Source: the human T2T-CHM13v2.0 reference genome, Homo sapiens. From it: 64,000 nt of DNA. Where the stretch lies: the NCBI RefSeq assembly GCF_009914755.1, contig NC_060927.1; one strand, given 5' to 3'. The notes beneath the pieces were generated by a model. The model did not search any database, was not told the DNA's origin, and saw only the letters and a program-made list of their open reading frames with translations. The translations under genes and the position numbers were made by a program. Below are positions 61,924 to 64,000 of the stretch, one piece after another (position 1 is the first letter of the stretch; the number at the start of each line of letters is the position of its first letter).

Positions 61924-62448
61924 GAGGTATAAATGACCAAAATATAAAAAATACATAGCAGATATTCTACCACTTCTAAAGCTCATTAATATTTGTCATG
62001 AAGGAAGCACACTTTCATTTACAGAGCACCTACTTTGGCCCAGGTGCTAAAGGTATATTCTCACTTGAAGTTTTTGCCTGAGTCAAGAATACAAACTTTA
62101 CAGTCCCAAAGCCAGGTTTAAATCCCAGCTTTCTGTTTACTAGCTGTGTGACCTTGAACAAGTTACTTAACTTCACTGTGCCTTTTTCATTTGTAAGAGG
62201 ATAATAAAAGTGCTTCCTTACGATGTTATAAAGTACATACTGGTCATTTGAGCTATTACTTATATGCACTTTCTTTATGCTTATTTTACCTTAATAAAAG
62301 TTAATTTTTTTAAATACAGAAAATTCAAGAAAAAATAAATTTCCTAAATTCAAAGTACTCCTCGCTTGGTCAAGCCATTTATTTTAATCAATTCTGTTTA
62401 CAAAAGCCATGTTTGTGCTTACAAAAGGTGAAAGGAATGAAAAGACTA

Positions 62449-62676
<228 letters not shown>

Positions 62677-62799
62677 TCATAGAACAGCATACCATTGGTT
62701 ACAAATAAAGTATTAACAGCTGTCCTTATAAGATGATTTTAAACATTACAGTGCCATCAGTATCTATAATAACAGCTTGTAAAAGTATCCATTTTATTA

Positions 62800-62985
<186 letters not shown>

Positions 62986-63329
62986 TTAACTGTCAGTAGC
63001 TTTACAAGCACCTGGTTAACTGAAGAAATGAGAGACCAGTTATGTATGCCCTATCTACTTCAATCTGGCCTTTTCCTAATTATGCTAGATCTTATTGGGG
63101 TTCCAAAGAGACATCACAAGCTTTATGGGCTAGCAACTTATTTACCCAATAATGCAGAACACTAGCAAGGAAACACTCATGTAGCAATGGCCACATGATA
63201 CTTGATGTTATTAAAAACCCAAATTTAAACATAACCCAAAAGCCCAACAGATACTAGGTTTGATTAAATGCCTGAAAGTACTTAGGATGTGGGGAATAAT
63301 ATCATCCTTTACAGTAAAAACTGAAGTCA

Positions 63330-63581
<252 letters not shown>

Positions 63582-63913
63582 TTACTGAGCCAGTAAATAT
63601 AGTAAATATTTTTACTATGGGCTAGTCACTGCGCTAGGCACTGAAGAAGAGATGGCAAACAAAGCAGAAAAATTCCCAGTTTCATGGAACTTCCATTTTA
63701 GTGGGGACAACAGACAAAAATGCAAAGGCCCTTCTGAAGCAGGAGTGTGCTTAGTTGAAAAAACAAGTCAGTGTGGCAGGAACAGACTGAGAATGGGAGA
63801 TAAGTAGGAGAAAGGGCAGTAATGCTGGTCATTTTCCATTTGCTGCTCTAAATCTGACCTGAATGAACCACATCAACAAGCTTCTGTACTCCCTCTGGCT
63901 GGGTCCGCCAGCC

Positions 63914-64000
63914 TGTGGTAGGCTAAATAATGGCCCCAAAGGTATCCAAGTCCTATCCCCTGGAACCTGTGAATGGTACCTTATGTGGCAAAGTGACTTT
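63914..64000 (+). mobile_element. MLT1 (MaLR) LTR start
   Basis: tgtggtaggctaaataatggcccc...tggaacctgtgaat. Confidence 0.65.

Overview
Primate DNA, almost certainly human. The window holds the 3' half of COL6A6 on the + strand: triple-helix exons, a 12-nt microexon, two C-terminal VWA domains and a last exon ending ...APKQHD*. It converges on the last four exons of PIK3R4/VPS15 on the - strand, ending ...RDGIVKVWK*. The background is Alu, L2, old L1M, MIR, MER and nested ERV1 LTR sequence. The standout is a young L1HS Ta-1d insertion at 10554-16086, sense to COL6A6, with both ORFs intact. About 690 nt of its 5'UTR were removed exactly at L1 splice sites (SpIRE 97/790 type). It also carries an extra 5' G, a 126-bp 3' transduction with its own AATAAA, a second patterned poly(A) tail and an 11-bp TSD. 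Other structure not explained by the gene models: a ~360-bp inverted duplication bracketing the CpG-rich VWA exon, a 149-bp locally templated insertion with duplicated junctions, head-to-head Alus 26 bp apart (one with three arms), a ~45-bp L1 insertion with TSD, and a ~430-bp polypyrimidine tract. Repeat subfamily names and consensus comparisons are from memory and were not searched.
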